Shown: piece by piece, positions 1-14,970 of the stretch
How positions within the stretch are numbered: position 1 is the first letter of the stretch
Layout of the letters: every line of letters begins with the position of its first letter
NCBI GenBank assembly: GCA_002269645.1
Contig: NIVC01003797.1
Span: forward strand, 1-64,000
Reading direction: 5' to 3'
From: Macrostomum lignano
Lineage: Eukaryota
DNA length: 64,000 bases
Notes under the pieces: generated by a model
Seen by the model: only the letters and a program-made list of their open reading frames with translations
Databases searched by the model: none
What the model was told of the DNA's origin: nothing
Position numbers and translations under genes: made by a program

Positions 1-37
1 ATCCTCAATTACTCACTACAGATCGACTGTTAGCAGG

Positions 38-1738
38 CACCAACCAGAGTGCCCTCAATGCACTAACAGCAGAGTGCCAGAAATGCACTAACCAGAGTGC
101 CAGCATGCACTAACCAGAGTGCCAGCAATGCACTAACCAGAGTGCCAGCAGTGCACTAACCAGAGTGCCCAACATGCACTAACCAGAGTGCCAACAATGC
201 ACTAACCAGAGTGCCAGAAATGCACTAACCAGAGTGCCAACAATGCACTAACCAGAGTGCCAGAAATGCACTAAACCAGAGTGCCAACAATGCACTAACC
301 AGAGTGCCAACAATGCACTAACCAGAGTGCCAACAATGCACTAACCAGAGTGCCAGAAATGCACTAACCAGAGTGCCAACATGCACTAACCAGAGTGCCA
401 ACAATGCACTAACCAGAGTGCCAACGATGCACAATGCACTAACCAGAGTGCCAGCAATGCACTAACCAGAGTGCCAACGATGCCAACAATGCACTAACCA
501 GAGTGCCAACAATGCACTAACCAGAGTGCCAACGATGCCAACAATGCACTAACCAGAGTGCCAGCAATGCACTAACCAGAGTGCCAACGATGCCAACAAT
601 GCACTAACCAGAGTGCCAACAATTCACTAACCAGAGTGCCCTCATGCACCAACCAGAGTGCCCTCAATGCACTAACCAGAGTGCCCTCAATGCACCAACC
701 AGAGTGCCCTCAATGCACCAACCAGAGTGCCCTCAATGCACTAACCAGAGTGCCCTCAATGCACCAACCAGAGTGCCCTCAATGCACTAACCAGAGTGCC
801 CTCAATGCACACAACAGAGTGCCCTCAATGCACTAACCAGAGTGCCCTCAATGCACTAACCAGAGTGCCAGAAATGCACTAACCAGAGTGCCAGCAGTGC
901 ACTAACCAGAGTGCCAGCAGTGCACTAACCAGAGTGCCAACAATGCACTAACCAGAGTGCCAACAATGCACTAACCAGAGTGCCAACAATGCACTAACCA
1001 GAGTGCCAACAATGCACTAACCAGAGTGCCAGAAATGCACTAACCAGAGTGCCAACAATGCACTAACCAGAGTGCCAACAATGCACTAACCAGAGTGCCA
1101 ACGATGCCAACAATGCACTAACCAGAGTGCCAACGATGCCAACAATGCACTAACCAGAGTGCCAGCAATGCACTAACCAGAGTGCCAACGATGCCAACAA
1201 TGCACTAACCAGAGTGCCAACAATGCACTAACCAGAGTGCCAACATGCACTAACCAGAGTGCCAGCAATGCACTAACCAGAGTGCCAACGATGCCAACAA
1301 TGCACTAACCAGAGTGCCAACAATGCACTAACCAGAGTGCCAACAGTGCACTAACCAGAGTGCCAGCAATGCACAAACCAGAGTGCCAGCATTGCACTAA
1401 CCAGAGTGCCAGCAATGCACTAACCAGAGTGCCAACGATGCCAACAATGCACTAACCAGAGTGCCAACAATGTACTAACCAGAGTGCCAACAGTGCACTA
1501 ACCAGAGTGCCAGCATGCACAAACCAGAGTGCCAGCATTGCACTAACCAGAGTGCCAGCATTGCACTAACCAGAGTGCCAACGATGCCAACAATGCACTA
1601 ACCAGAGTGCCAACAATGCACTAACCAGAGTGCCAACAGTGCACTAACCAGAGTGCCAGCAATGCACAAACCAGAGTGCCAGCATTGCACTAACCAGAGT
1701 GCCAGCAATGCACTAACCAGAGTGCCAGCAATGCCCTG
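38..1738. repeat. Minisatellite, 22-23 bp unit (consensus AATGCACTAACCAGAGTGCCAAC), about 75 copies with variant blocks
   Basis: Direct tandem periodicity. ORF 636-836 is only a translation of the repeat. Confidence 0.97.
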
Positions 1739-4354
1739 CTAGCAAGGTGACAAATAAAAAAAGTTGATTTTTGAGCATAGAGTTCAGGATAATCCCATCA
1801 AGCTCAGAACCAGGGTAGGCCACGCCCTAGGTTAAAGCCAAGCGCATCTGCTAGAAAATTCAGTTAATCAAAGCCAAAGGCGTACATGGCAGCACCTGCT
1901 CTATACGCTGCTCATTCCAATAGCATTGCAGAGTGCGCAATCTGAAAGCAGTTTTCGACCCTTGCACCTCCGCCCTTTGACCGTCGCAAATCTTCGCAAA
2001 TGATACGTACAGAGAGAGAGAATGTTAGAGGCAGGTAGGGTTGCGGAAATGCCTAATTAAAACTTTTTGCTTGCAAGTGTACAATTGAGTTCAAAGTCTG
2101 AAATTCTAAAAAATGCCCCAATATGTACGCTTGAAACTTAAGAAAGCACATGACGTGTCTAAACTGGAATGCGAAAGAGGCGTACCGTACTGAAGCGGTC
2201 ACTCTGGAAAACTGGAGCTACTGCTGGCTGCTGCTCCTGCGAAAGCAAAAAGTGCAGCCTGAGCAGAAGCAGACTTGGCACTGTTCCCTTGCCCCCCCCC
2301 CTGGAGGCTGTGTTGGGGAGAAAAAAGTTACGAAGAAGAGTGGGAGTCTGGGCCAAAGCCTAGGGGATGACGGAGGGCAGCTGACTCACTGGAGTAGGGG
2401 ATGCGCCGGATTAGGGCAGCCGTCCTGGGCTCAGCTCCAGTGCACTTGATGGGGTGGCGTGAGGGACATGCAGGTTGCTGGGAGCAACGGGAAGGGACGC
2501 ATACAAGCTGCCACCCCAGTCTTGTTTAACCCTCTGGCGCCCTCTGGAGTCTCTCAGCCCCCCGCAACCCCTCGTTGCCATGGCTGTGTTGAGAACAAAT
2601 AGTGGAAGGGGATGGAGGAGGGGAAGCGCTGCTCGTAGGAGACTGAGGGGCCTAGAAGGGGTGGCGGATCGATGATGAGGATGAGGAGAGGCGCCGGCCA
2701 GACAGGGGGCCGGAAAATCCCAGAGCGGGGGGCGAGCGCGCTGGAAAACTGCTGCCTTTCCTGTGGCGAATGTCTCGCTCCCCCTCTTCCCCATAATCCC
2801 ACTCGCTGCTCGGTAGTTGTCGCTATATTTATCCCATTCGCGCACGTCATCAACTCCGCCGGGCCAGGCCTGGGATCTGGGATAATTGCGGAAGCCTCGT
2901 ATTTTTAGTAGACTTTTTCAATCGTTTTTCCTCATACGCTGGCCAGACTCCCCTCTGCCCTGGGAGCTGCTGATATTGCAGGCCCGGCTGGGCGAGAGTA
3001 CTGCAGGGAAATAAAAAGATTGCTGGCGAAACGGAAAAGCCGGAAATATCCCCAACCCCGATGAAATATCCCCTTTAAGCTGGCAGCAGCGACCACCCAC
3101 GCCACCAAATAAATCTTGATCCGCTTTCCGCCAGCGCAGCTCGGACCGGCTGCTGCCAGAAAAAAATGAGAGAAAGGGGAGAGGGGAAAGAGGGGGAGGC
3201 GGGAGAGGAGGTTCTTACTCCCGAAAATTCCTGGCACAAAGCCAAGCCCCCGTGGGGACTGGCGGAGCTCGATTTCCAACGCCTCCGCATTTCCTCATTC
3301 TCAAGACTCCCTTTGTTCATGATTTAAAAAATCTCTCATACCTGCCCGTTGCGTCTGCTTCTTATGCAAGCACGGTGGCTTGCATTGCAGTTGTTTACCA
3401 TTTCAGGCTTGTCACATTGTTTAGACCAAGGGTCGGCCGACTTTACATAAATTAAAGGCCAGAAAAAATAATCCAGCGCATGACTGCAGGCAGAGGTGGG
3501 AGGAGGGGGAGAGGATAGAGGGGGATGAGAGGAGAGGAGAGAAAATAGAAGAGAGCTGAGACAAGACAAACCTTGAGCGGGCTGGATTAGCAATATATAA
3601 TTGCTAATATGCTAATAGCTTAATCCCTATTCCTCCTATTTGCGGCATTCAAGGACGCCAGCACGGGAGTCGGAATGAATAACTGGGTCATATTTCTGCC
3701 GTTGTCTTCTAAAAGCGCAGTACGCGTTAGCCTTGTTACGACATGACAGTACGTGAGAGGTAACCATGTCAAGCAGGCTTGCAATAAGCAGCCTTTTTCC
3801 GCTAACACCCATTAGCTGTTGCATAATTAACTTATTAGTAAACGAATTTCACCCGACAACTGTTGCTTTGATATTTTTCCATTAGCAGCTTGGGTAATTT
3901 TCCACAAGCCGAAATGAATTGAATTGACAAAGGCAGAATTTAAATTGTGATTGAGGATTTTTCAGCATTATTAGGTTCGATTAGGTTCAACTGTACAGGC
4001 ACCGCTGACATGTAATAATAGTTTATTTAAATCCGCTCCAACAAAATACTTTATTACACAACAGGTAGTGGAGCAATTAGCATGGGACCTCATCCAGTAA
4101 CTGTAGACTTCGGGAACAGAGTTCGGCTCGATTGACAAGTAAAGAAAGAAGCAGAAGATCCGGCTTTGGCAATATGTACAAAAATTAATTTCCAGATAGT
4201 CAATCATCTCGGGAAGAGAGCAGTTTTACAGGAAATACTTGAGTGTCGGTAGGGGGCCACAATTAACAGTTATAGGTAGCCTTCAAAATCAAACAAAAAT
4301 TAAAGTAAACAAGCACAGGAAAAAAAACACAAATTTGCAGGTAATAAGTGGCTG

Positions 4355-4360
4355 TTTATT
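4355..4360 (-). terminator. Candidate polyadenylation signal (AATAAA on minus strand) for the PIM transcript
   Basis: TTTATT on + strand about 810 nt downstream of the PIM stop codon. Motif only. Confidence 0.35.
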
Positions 4361-5172
4361 GAGGCAGGTAAAATAGTAATGACAGGCAAATAAAAGCAAG
4401 GTTTTGTCCTAGCGGACCTGCAGCGCTTCCAATTCTCAGGTAGATAATTAATAATAACTTTGCTCTGCTAAGCAGACTTGGAGCTTTTTAAAAGTTAGAA
4501 GACTATCAAAGTAAAAATGGAAATCAAGGTTAAAATACACAGAAGCCTGGCTGACTCGCCCTCGAGGAACAAAATTGAAGAGGTTGCAAGGCTGCTGCTT
4601 GATTTGAAGCACAGGGGAGCCTGAAGCTGTACAGGTTGAAATTTACAATAGAGAGTCAATTAGACAGAGGGAGAAACGAGCTGAAAATGCAGGTTAAGCT
4701 CTTGACCGCGCAAGGTTGTCCCCCCTGAGAACGCTTGAGAATTTGGCGACAGGGGACAACCGAGGGCCACAGAGAGAAAAAAGGGAGACAGACAGGAGAC
4801 ACGGAGCTAAGCAAATATCTTGAGAAGCGCTGGAAGTGCAAGAGAGCTGCTGAGCTGCTTTTAGAGGCGGAAGAAGCAAAAAATTAATAAACGAACAAAA
4901 AAGCAAAAAAGAAGCGAACAAATCAAGAGCAGGCCTCATAATTCAGGTAACTTAGTTAAACAGAGCCACAGGGCGGCACCAAGTAAAATACAGTTAAATA
5001 ATATTTGAACAGTTGACTGTACACTTGTAATCGATGATTGCATTGCGGTCGTTGAGTAATTAGTATTAGGTAGGGTTTTGATCGGCACGTGTTTGACAAA
5101 GAAACTTGGCTCTATGCCAGACATCGCTGCACTATCTGCGCAAGCGACAGGCTGATATAGCTAGTCTTGAGT

Positions 5173-8100
5173 TCAGTGCTGGCTCAACCTGTACTCAGCC
5201 ATGCCAGTCACTGAGGCGCCGACTGCGAATCGCACAGGAATAGCCGTGCTGTGGCTGCAACTGCTCTTGCTGCTTCCGCCATTGTAGCCAGAGTCTGGCG
5301 GGCTCAACCGGAAGTTAGTAGTTGACGATGACGATGAGGAAGCTGTTGATGAAGCCGAACTGCCAGTTTCATAATCCTCGAGAGAGTCGCAGGAGCTGGC
5401 GATGGTGAATTTAGCGGCAGGAGTGACTTTGGACTGAGCAGCGACATGGACGGCGGCTGGCGCGCTGGCCACGGCGGCCACGGCTGGCACGGCGGTGGTG
5501 ACCAAGTGATCGCCGGAGGAGAACCACGGATGGCGCAGAATCTGCTCGATGGTAGGCCGGCGGGCGGCGTCCAGCTGCAGACAGGACATGATGAGGTCGC
5601 GGCAGGCTGGACTGACATATCGGCGGAAGTACGGCTCGCTGTTGCAGATCTGGTCGTCGCGCTCGAACGGAATGTCGCCGCAGACCATATCGAATAGCAG
5701 GATGCCCAGCGACCAGACCTCGGCCTTCTTGCCATTGTAGCGGTGCCAGCGGATCCACTCCGGTGGGCTGTACACACGGGTGCCTGGAAGGAACGAATAA
5801 TGTTTTGACTGTAATTATATAAAAAGTACAAATTCAAAAAGCTGGTCAATTGTTTGCAGTGCCAAAACAATATACAGTTTTTTTATTTCTGGTTTCATTC
5901 AGCCCGCTGGGTGTGTCGGGACTCGGGGTGGGTCCCGGCTCCCGGACTGCTTGCGAATGTATTGCGTTTAAATCCGCCATAAAACTTTTTGCAAGTTTTC
6001 TTGCCACACTGACTGCCGGCTGACTGCACGGCTAAAGTGCGTTTGCACGAGCCGGCATTGGAATCCTAGCCCCGCTATGGCGCTATTGCCTTGTCTACGC
6101 CCATTGGGGTGGGGAAATACAATCGCAATGCAGCCCTGCATGCGTGCGTGTGTGGCCAAAAATCCATTTGAAAGATCTGTTGTCTGTATCTTAGCAATAG
6201 CTCCAAAATAACACCGGCTCCACCCTCACACACATTCATTTGCTCCTATCTTTCCCTGTCTGTCTGTCTGTTGCACTGGAAGCAAAGGAATGCGTGGGCC
6301 AGGGAGGAAGAGACGTGGGCCAAAACTGAGGTGGGGGAGGAGATTGGGGAAGAGAAGTATTTGGTTTCATTATGAAGATAGGGGAGAGGGCAAGGGAGGG
6401 TAAATGGCGCTGGCGCCTGGCGGGCAGAATGTGTCCTAAAAATAAAGTGAACACGGGAAGGGCACCGCAACCCACCCTCCCGTCGATAGCGTCAGAGCTC
6501 TCTCTCACTCCGCGTTGAATTCAAGCCCTCACCCCGCCGGACCCTATAAACCCGACTACCCACCCCCCCACGCACGCCCACTCCTTTCAGAATCTAGTGG
6601 GGGGGGGTTGGGGCTACATTAGCGCACACCCACCCCAACTCCGTGGGTGGGTGAGAGGGGGTTTTGGCTTGGGAGGGCTGAGTCAGCACTGAAAGGCCAG
6701 GCGCACAGTCACACTAAACCAGAACACACACTAAAGCGGCCTATAGAATGACTGTTTCTCCCTCCCTACGTTCTCTTGAGCTGTTAGCTAGGGAGAGGAG
6801 GGGCGGCGTTGCTGGCATTGGAATCCACCCAGTGCGTGTGTGCAGAGCTGCATTGTTTGTTTCCCTTCGTTGAGGACAGCGGGAGGACGCGAGTCGCGAA
6901 ACTCAGCTAGACTCAAAAAAATGTCCAGAAGAACTTCAAGTCTGGCAGGAAAGCTGTGCACAACAACTCAAGCAACTCTAGAAGAGAGTTATACTCGCAC
7001 ACAATTTTGCTAAGCAATGGGGTGGGCAACTGGGCATTGGGCACTGTTAAGCACGTGTCCACACCCACGCGTGCGCAGAAAGCTGGAAGCAAACAGAGCT
7101 CAGGCTAGCCTATCTAGGAGTCGAAGTCGAACGGAGCGGAGACAGATGTGGGTGGGTTCGGCTTCACCTCGGCTGCTTTGCCGGCACGTGAAGCAATAAG
7201 CATGCATTTCCTGCAGCAGCAGAAGAAACGGGCTAAATGCAATACAGAAATCGAGAGGGTGGAGTCTCCTACAAGCGCGCACACGGCAGTGGTACCATAT
7301 ACGCCCATACAAAAATCAATAGCACTGATATTGGCAATTTTCCATGAATTATTTTTTCCAAGCCCTACCCACCCCGCCTCCCCCCGACTATTTCTGCTTT
7401 TTCTGTGCTTTCTATGTCCCATGGCATGTTTTTTAATCCACCCACACAGGCCTCGCATTCCATTCTAAGCGGCCTACTTTGATAATGGATTTTTTTATTT
7501 CCATTTCTAGGACTTATTCAGCAATTTCATTTTCAAGTGCTTAAGTACCAATTTCCTGGTATTTATTGAAAGACAGACAGTCGCAGACAAGATCAGAGCA
7601 AATGTACTAAAACATTACTAAACAGCTATTATAGCCGGCAACAGGGTCATTGGGCCGAGAGAGACAGGAAAAGTGGCCCAGACTTGGGGACAGACGGGCC
7701 CGGCTTGCATTCAATGGAATAGTATAATCAAGTATAGCCGAACTGAATGCAGCAGCGCCAAGGTCTACCGGAGACGAGACTGACTTACTGGGGTTAGCAG
7801 CAGCTACGCAGTAATTGAGCGGATGTGCGACATTTAAGACAGAAAGGGGTGAGCCGGAGCCCGAAGGCTGGGGGGGGGATCAGCTCTATAAGATTGTTGT
7901 TGACCTATTAATAAGACTCAATCACTGGAGTATAGCTAGTATTTTTATTACACAGTTTGAATCACCATTCGGCATCATTATGCGTGGGAAGAAGCAGAGA
8001 CCTAGGACTGTAATTTAATATTAAGCTGAGGTCCCAGACAGTGGACACTGGGGGACCGGACATCACTATAAGGATGCTTTTCTCTGGACAAGAATTCTGC

Positions 8101-9580
8101 AATTGGATCTATTTTCCTTAATTCTCTCTATCGAGGATTCGAGATCCGAGTTGTTCGATGCCTCTGGGGATAAGGAAATTAAGGGAGCTCCGGGAGGCCG
8201 GCGCGGCTGCAAAACCTACTAAGACCCTTGTTACGCAATAAGCAGAGTCGAAATGTGGCCGCAGATGGCTCTGGCTTGTGCAGGAGAGACAGAGAGAGAG
8301 ACGAAATTCGGATGAGGGTGGCTGTGTCTGCTTTGTTCGCGAACAGGAGAGGGGGGCTGTTGGGGTGACTGCGGGGGTAGGAGTGAAGCCCAAGGCCCGA
8401 TGATTCAATAGGGTGCACGGCCCGGTCAGGCTCTGACCTCGCGGGCCCACGCGGGGGTAAAGAGGGTGACTGACTGGGCCTTGTCTGGCTTTGTGAGGGG
8501 ATTCAGAGAGCAGACAGAACTCTGAGTGAACTGGGGTGAACTGGCTGTACACACACAAGCGCACATTAGTAAGAGAACGAAGGGAAGGGAATAAAGAGGA
8601 AACAAAGACTCTGATATTTAGCTGGTAAGACGGGCAAATGAGGTCGTAAACTGAACTGATAGATCCGGGATGCAGGTTGGGGATTATTAAACAAAGAGTT
8701 GACACAAATCCCCAATAAAAAAGCTGTCGAACCGGACGACTCACCATCAAAATCGGTGTAGTCGGTGTCCTTCAAGAAGGCGCCGGATCCGAAGTCGATC
8801 AGATGAATGGAACCGTCGCACAGATTAACTAGCAGATTCTCATCCTTGATGTCGCGATGCAGAATCCCGGCCTCGTGGCAGGCTAGCAAAGTCTCGAGCA
8901 GCTGTTTCATAAAGGATTTGGCTTCCACCTCGGCAAGGAACTGCTTATTGGAGATGTAGTCAAACAGGTCCATGCACTTCTTGATCTTCTTCATGACAAT
9001 CACCCACTCGTTTGGGCCTTCGTAATAGGCGATGGGCTGCACGATGCCGCGGATGTGCTGGCACTTCTGCAGCAGGACAATCTCCACTGGCAGCTTCTGC
9101 CCGTTGGGCTGTTGTGTTGGGTTTGGGTGAATGAGGCGGGTTGCCAGTTGCACTGATCTTCCTTGATGTCATACAGCCATGGGTTTATCTGATCCATGAC
9201 CAACACTTACCAGGCGGTGCCAGCAGAACTGGGACATCTTGTCCTTCTGGATGACCTTGACGGCCGTCTCCAGATTGTCGCGCACCCGGAGCCCTTCGAA
9301 CACTTTGCCGAAGCCGCCGCTGCCGAGCTCTTTGCCTAGCCGGTAGTCGCGTCGGAACTCCTCCAACGGTTGGCACTTCGGATAGGACTCGGTGGGCTGG
9401 GCCACCGGAACTGATCGTGCCTCGCCGCCTTGAAAAAAGGTTTTTAAGAAACAGTACATGATAACTGGACATTAGAGCATTATGGCAAATTTTATTAAAT
9501 ATTCTAACAATATTTCTAAGAAAAATCTTACCAAATCGTTGCGGCAGAGACGTCTGCAGAAAGATGTTTAGCTTGTCCAT
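5173..9580 (-). CDS. PIM: PIM-family Ser/Thr kinase, 413 aa; exons complement(9532..9580, 9211..9428, 8745..9108, 5173..5783)
   Basis: Motifs [30 protein letters not shown] (PIM-type catalytic loop), [36 protein letters not shown]. All three introns are GT-AG (103, 102, 2961 nt) with matching phases 1/0/1; total 1242 nt ending in TGA. Ser/Ala-rich C-terminal tail. Confidence 0.95.
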
Positions 9581-10967
9581 TGTGATAACGGAATACGACA
9601 GCTTAGAGAAAGACTTGTTGCTTCTTCTGTTGGAATAGGGGGGCTGAATTAGCCGATTGAAAGCAATAAGACCGATGAGGCAATTGCTAGCGATCTATCA
9701 AGCGTTCTGTCACAGAGACCAGACGACACAGGGGAGTTGAGGGCATGAACACTTGGTATTTATGTGCTATGGAAGCACGTTGCTTGGCAGCGACGCCCAC
9801 CCCAATTGCGCCGGCGCTCCAACCCTACATCTAATGTGGTTTGTATTCTTGCACGAGAAGTGTACATTGAAATAGATATCTACTTTGGTTTAATATTCAG
9901 CAAAACGCCAAAATAAGAGCGGATAAGCTTAAATTTAAACGGCATAAATAAAAATTAAAATAAATGTTGCTATAATCGAACTCTTTTCTGCTAAATATTG
10001 GCCAAATATTTTGGATCTACTTTGAATCTATTTCGAGGCGGGTGACAAGACCCTTGGCTGGTCCAATAGGAGAGGGGCGCTAAATTAGGAATGGAAATAG
10101 GCGGGCTTTCCATTTACATACGCGACACGCGGGCTGACTGGAGTACCCAAAAATAGCATCACCCCCCCCCCAAAGGAACCCGCGGATTCTCCGTGCAAAA
10201 TAGACAAGGCGGATGTTTCGTTTATCATATTTACTTGGATATTCCTAGGCTAATACGCGGATGCTATTTCCGGGCCCGAGTGAATTGCTTGCACACAGCA
10301 CGCCAGCCAGAACCACGCACACCCGAAATTTCTTTACCTTGTTTATGCTATTTTTAACTCTGAAATATATTTACGAACTTCTTCAACTATAAGATATTTA
10401 ACCTTCCGCTTTTGCGGTAATCAAGATAAGAGAGAGAGGGGAAGGTCGAACAGATGGTGAGTGATAAGGGAGATAATCAAGCATTAAGAAATTGGACTTT
10501 GGAAGTGATGTTAGAAGAAAATGAGTAAAAAAGCAATTATTTAACTCGGCAAGCATACCGGTATGTAAGAAGTTAGAAATGCTGACAAGAAAGTATGCTG
10601 AAGGATGCGGATATGTAAGAAAATTCAGAAAATCGCTAAAACACCCCTCATCGCAGTCTGGTTCATGAGGCAGTGAGTGGGTGAGTAATCTCTGTGAGGG
10701 GAAGGCCCGGGGTCAGGCCGGGCTGGCGGGGTCGTGTCCTCGGGATTTGGGCTCCGGGGAGAATCGGGAAAGTTATGTAACTGGGGCTCTTGCCGCCTGC
10801 TCCTTCACGTCACCCCAAGCCAGACAGAATCCCGGGAATTCCTCTCCTCCCTATACACTACACTAACCCTGCACGCGCTCGCAGCTCTTTAACCCAATCT
10901 CTGTTTGCACAGTAAGCCGACAGAATGCCGAGACTAAATATTCCTCTTATAATCCGATTGTCTATGG

Positions 10968-10998
10968 CAGGAGTTGGCAAACATTTTGCCGACCCCTG
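10968..10998. mobile_element. Collapsed hAT-like remnant: two 14-bp TIR-like ends separated by 3 nt
   Basis: CAGGAGTTGGCAAA-cat-TTTGCCGACCCCTG (12/14 complementary). CAGGGGTCGGCAAA is a typical hAT/Charlie-type terminus. Confidence 0.45.
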
Positions 10999-11559
10999 CA
11001 TGGTCTATGGCCAAGAGTTATGACCGCCCGCTTGCATTTCGTCTGGTTGAATAGGAATCGATTTTCTGATCGATCAAATGGATAATATCCTCATTGCATG
11101 CATCTCATACCTATCTTTTTTATCTCTCTCTACTCTTTCTTCTCTTTTATCAGTGATGGATTCTCTCTTATCTCTCCTATTGACGGGTCTCGTCACTATC
11201 TTCGGCTCGCTCACTGGCAGCTCTTATCGCGTAATTAAAATGCAAATTCTTCGATCAGTCAGTTGCCGGTTATTTCTGTCATGACTGCATGCCATGACAG
11301 CGGGAAGATGCAGGGGCACGTGCTGTCTGTGCCAACATCTGGACTGCATCATCTGCATGCTAGTTCGATCGTCGAGATCGTGCCAAAATCGTGCTAATAA
11401 TTCTTCTGCACTCTTTTGAGTCTTTTGACGGTAAAATTACTTTGAGCTTTCGTCGCCTTTGTGATTGCAATTAGGTTTTTTATATAAATTGATATATACA
11501 TTAGTAATTAGTAATTGATAGAAGTGTTGTGTGGAAGAGTGATAGAAGATTATTCTTTA

Positions 11560-12030
11560 ATGGGTCATAGAGTATTCTTTGAGCGATTATAGAGTATTCT
11601 TTCAGGGGTCATAGAGTATTCTTTGAGGAATTATAGAGTATTCTTTCAGGGGTGACAGCACATTCTTGTAGGGGTCATAGAGTATTCTTGTAGGGGTCAT
11701 AGATTATTCTTGTAGGGGTCATACAATATTCTTGTAGGGCTTATAGAGTATTCTTGTAGGGGTCATAGAGTATTCTTGTAGTAGGGGTCATCGAGTATCC
11801 TTGTAATAGGGGTCATCGAGTATTCTTGTAGTAGGGGTCATAGAGTATTCTTGTAGGGGTCATACAATATTCTTGTAGGGCTTATAGAGTTTTCTTGTAG
11901 GGGTCATAGAGTATTCTTGTAGTAGGGGTCATCGAGTATTCTTATAGTAGGGGTCATAGATTATTCTTTCAGGGGTTATAGAGTATTCTTGTAGGGGTCA
12001 TAGAGTATTCGTTCAAGGGTCATAGAGTCG
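11560..12030. repeat. Minisatellite, 22 bp unit (GGGGTCATAGAGTATTCTTGTA) with 25-bp variants
   Basis: Direct tandem periodicity. Confidence 0.95.
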
Positions 12031-12679
12031 AATCTATTTACTCGGAACCATAAAAACCATAAAAACATGAAGAAATGTTTTGAATTATCGTTTACGGAAA
12101 TTTTACGTCAAGTTCGTTGCTTGTTAATAGACGTGCATCTCTGAGCTAGGGGGGGGGGTGATGTTCTGTTCGAAATGCAAACTGACGCACGCAGCGTGAG
12201 AACTTGGATTATAAATGAGGTGAATGAATTTAGACTGCAGAACCTTAAAAATAGCTTCGTCTTTAATGATTTGGTCTAAATTTAGAAACTGAAAACGACA
12301 TAAGCCCATGCAGATGGCAATATGTGACCGCTTCTAAGTTTAGCCAAACTGCTTACGAATATGAGAGAAGAACTTTGAGAGAAATTCGCAGGGCCAACGT
12401 CAATTGAACTGAGACTGCCTATTTAAATCGTAGCATGTTATCCATTAAGTAGTCCATGAACTGCTAATCTGCTATTCAATGTTTTTTCCTGCTTCAAGGT
12501 CCACAGGGTGTCAGCCGGGAAGTTTATTAATAAGCAATAAACCGACTCAGGGAAATATTTTTGGTGCAAATTTTTTATCGGAAATGAGAGAAGTCAATAT
12601 TTACGGGTAGATTTTACGTCGGTGATATGAATTATTTTTTCTCAGTTGTATTGTCTTAATGAAAGCCCTAATAAATTTC

Positions 12680-13305
12680 CTAATGCATGCTCGAATTAAT
12701 GCACTAATGAATGCCCCAATTAATGTCCTAATGAATGACCTAATGAATGAATGCCCTAATGAATGTCCCAATGAATGTCCTAATGAATGTCCTAATATAT
12801 GAATGCCCCAATGAATGTCCTAATGAATGTCCTAATGAATGTTCTAATTTATTTCTTAATGAATGTCTTAATGAATGTCCTAATGAATGTCCTAATTAAT
12901 GTTCTAATTTATTTCTTAATGAATGTCTTAATGAATGTTCTAATGAATGTCCCAATGAATGTCCTGATGAATGTTTTAATGAATGTCCTAATGAATGTTC
13001 TAATGTACTTCGTATTTCTTAATGAATGTCCTAATGAATGTCCTAATGAATGTCCTAATGAATGTCCCAATGAATGTCCTGATGAATGTCCTAATGAGTG
13101 TCCTAATGAATGTTCTAATGTATTTCTTAATGAATGTCTTAATGAATGTCCTAATGAATGTCCCAAAGAATGTCCTGATGAATGTCCTAATGAATGTACC
13201 AATGAATGTCCTAATGAATGTCCTAATGAATGTCCTAATGAATGCTCTAATAATTGTCCTAATGAATGCCCTAATGAATGTACCAATGAATGTCCCAATG
13301 AATTC
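12680..13305. repeat. Minisatellite, 12 bp unit (AATGAATGTCCT)
   Basis: Direct tandem periodicity. Produces the spurious ECPN and NVLM repeat ORFs. Confidence 0.95.
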
Positions 13306-14211
13306 CAAAGCTCCAAGGGGGCCATTTCGAAAGCAGGTGCAATATTAGAAGAAAAACATAAATTTGCTGTTCGTTTATCAGTTCCTCACCCAGCGTGCAC
13401 ACGTGCCAACCGCCCGACCCTAGCGAAAGTGCACGCCTGCCGCTCCCAAACAAGCTGTCACAGCCCACCAGCTGTCTCGACTGACTGCAAGAACAAAAGC
13501 GACCGAGCAGATAAACAAGCTCAGCTGTTAAGCCGTTCAGTGCATTTCTAGGCTGGTACAAAACTACTAATCCGCAATATACTTTTCTATTATATATAGT
13601 TTTTTGTTATTGGCAATAGCTGGTAGGGTTTCCCAATCGGGATTAGTATCCCACTCCCATATATTGCTAGCAGGGAGACTCGAGAAGCCCCGGGCGCATG
13701 CAGGAGGGGAGGGGAGAGAGCAGCACAATGCGATTATATCTCACATGCAGAAGTTAATCCTTCACTATCTGACTGTATTAATCTTGCGCGCAGGTTCTTG
13801 GAGGGGAAATTAACACAGACTTTACCAACTAATGCATTGTTTTTCCCAAGCCTGTGTTTTATTACTAAGCAAGCGACACAATTGCTTTCCCCGCTCAGCT
13901 CGGGCAATAAATACTAAGAATAACAAAACTCGTCGAGAATATTATTATAAATATCAACATATTGCTTGTTTTCTTCAGGTGGACGACTTGCTTACGGCGC
14001 TGCGTGTTGCTGTACAACCAGCTGTCAACAATGGAAAGCAGACATGAGAAACGAAAGGTGTGCAGCAGCAGCGGAGCCACTCTGGCAGGTGCAGAGAAAT
14101 CCTATGTGAGCTGCTTGCTGCCCAAATGACGCTTGAGAACAATGGACTGCCGCACTAAGGGCTGAAGTTCTGCATTTTGTATGCTTGAGATTTGTTATGC
14201 AGCCTCGCCTG

Positions 14212-14970
<759 letters not shown>

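Noticed and set aside
8118-8750. 210-aa minus-strand ORF in PIM intron 3 and other 60-140 aa ORFs at 2150-3600
   Set aside because: No recognisable motifs, non-ATG or weak starts, overlap with intronic or UTR-like sequence.
12799-13551. 250-aa NVLM/ECPN repeat ORF resembling a Cys-rich protein
   Set aside because: 12-bp tandem repeat open in multiple frames; the ORF switches repeat register midway.
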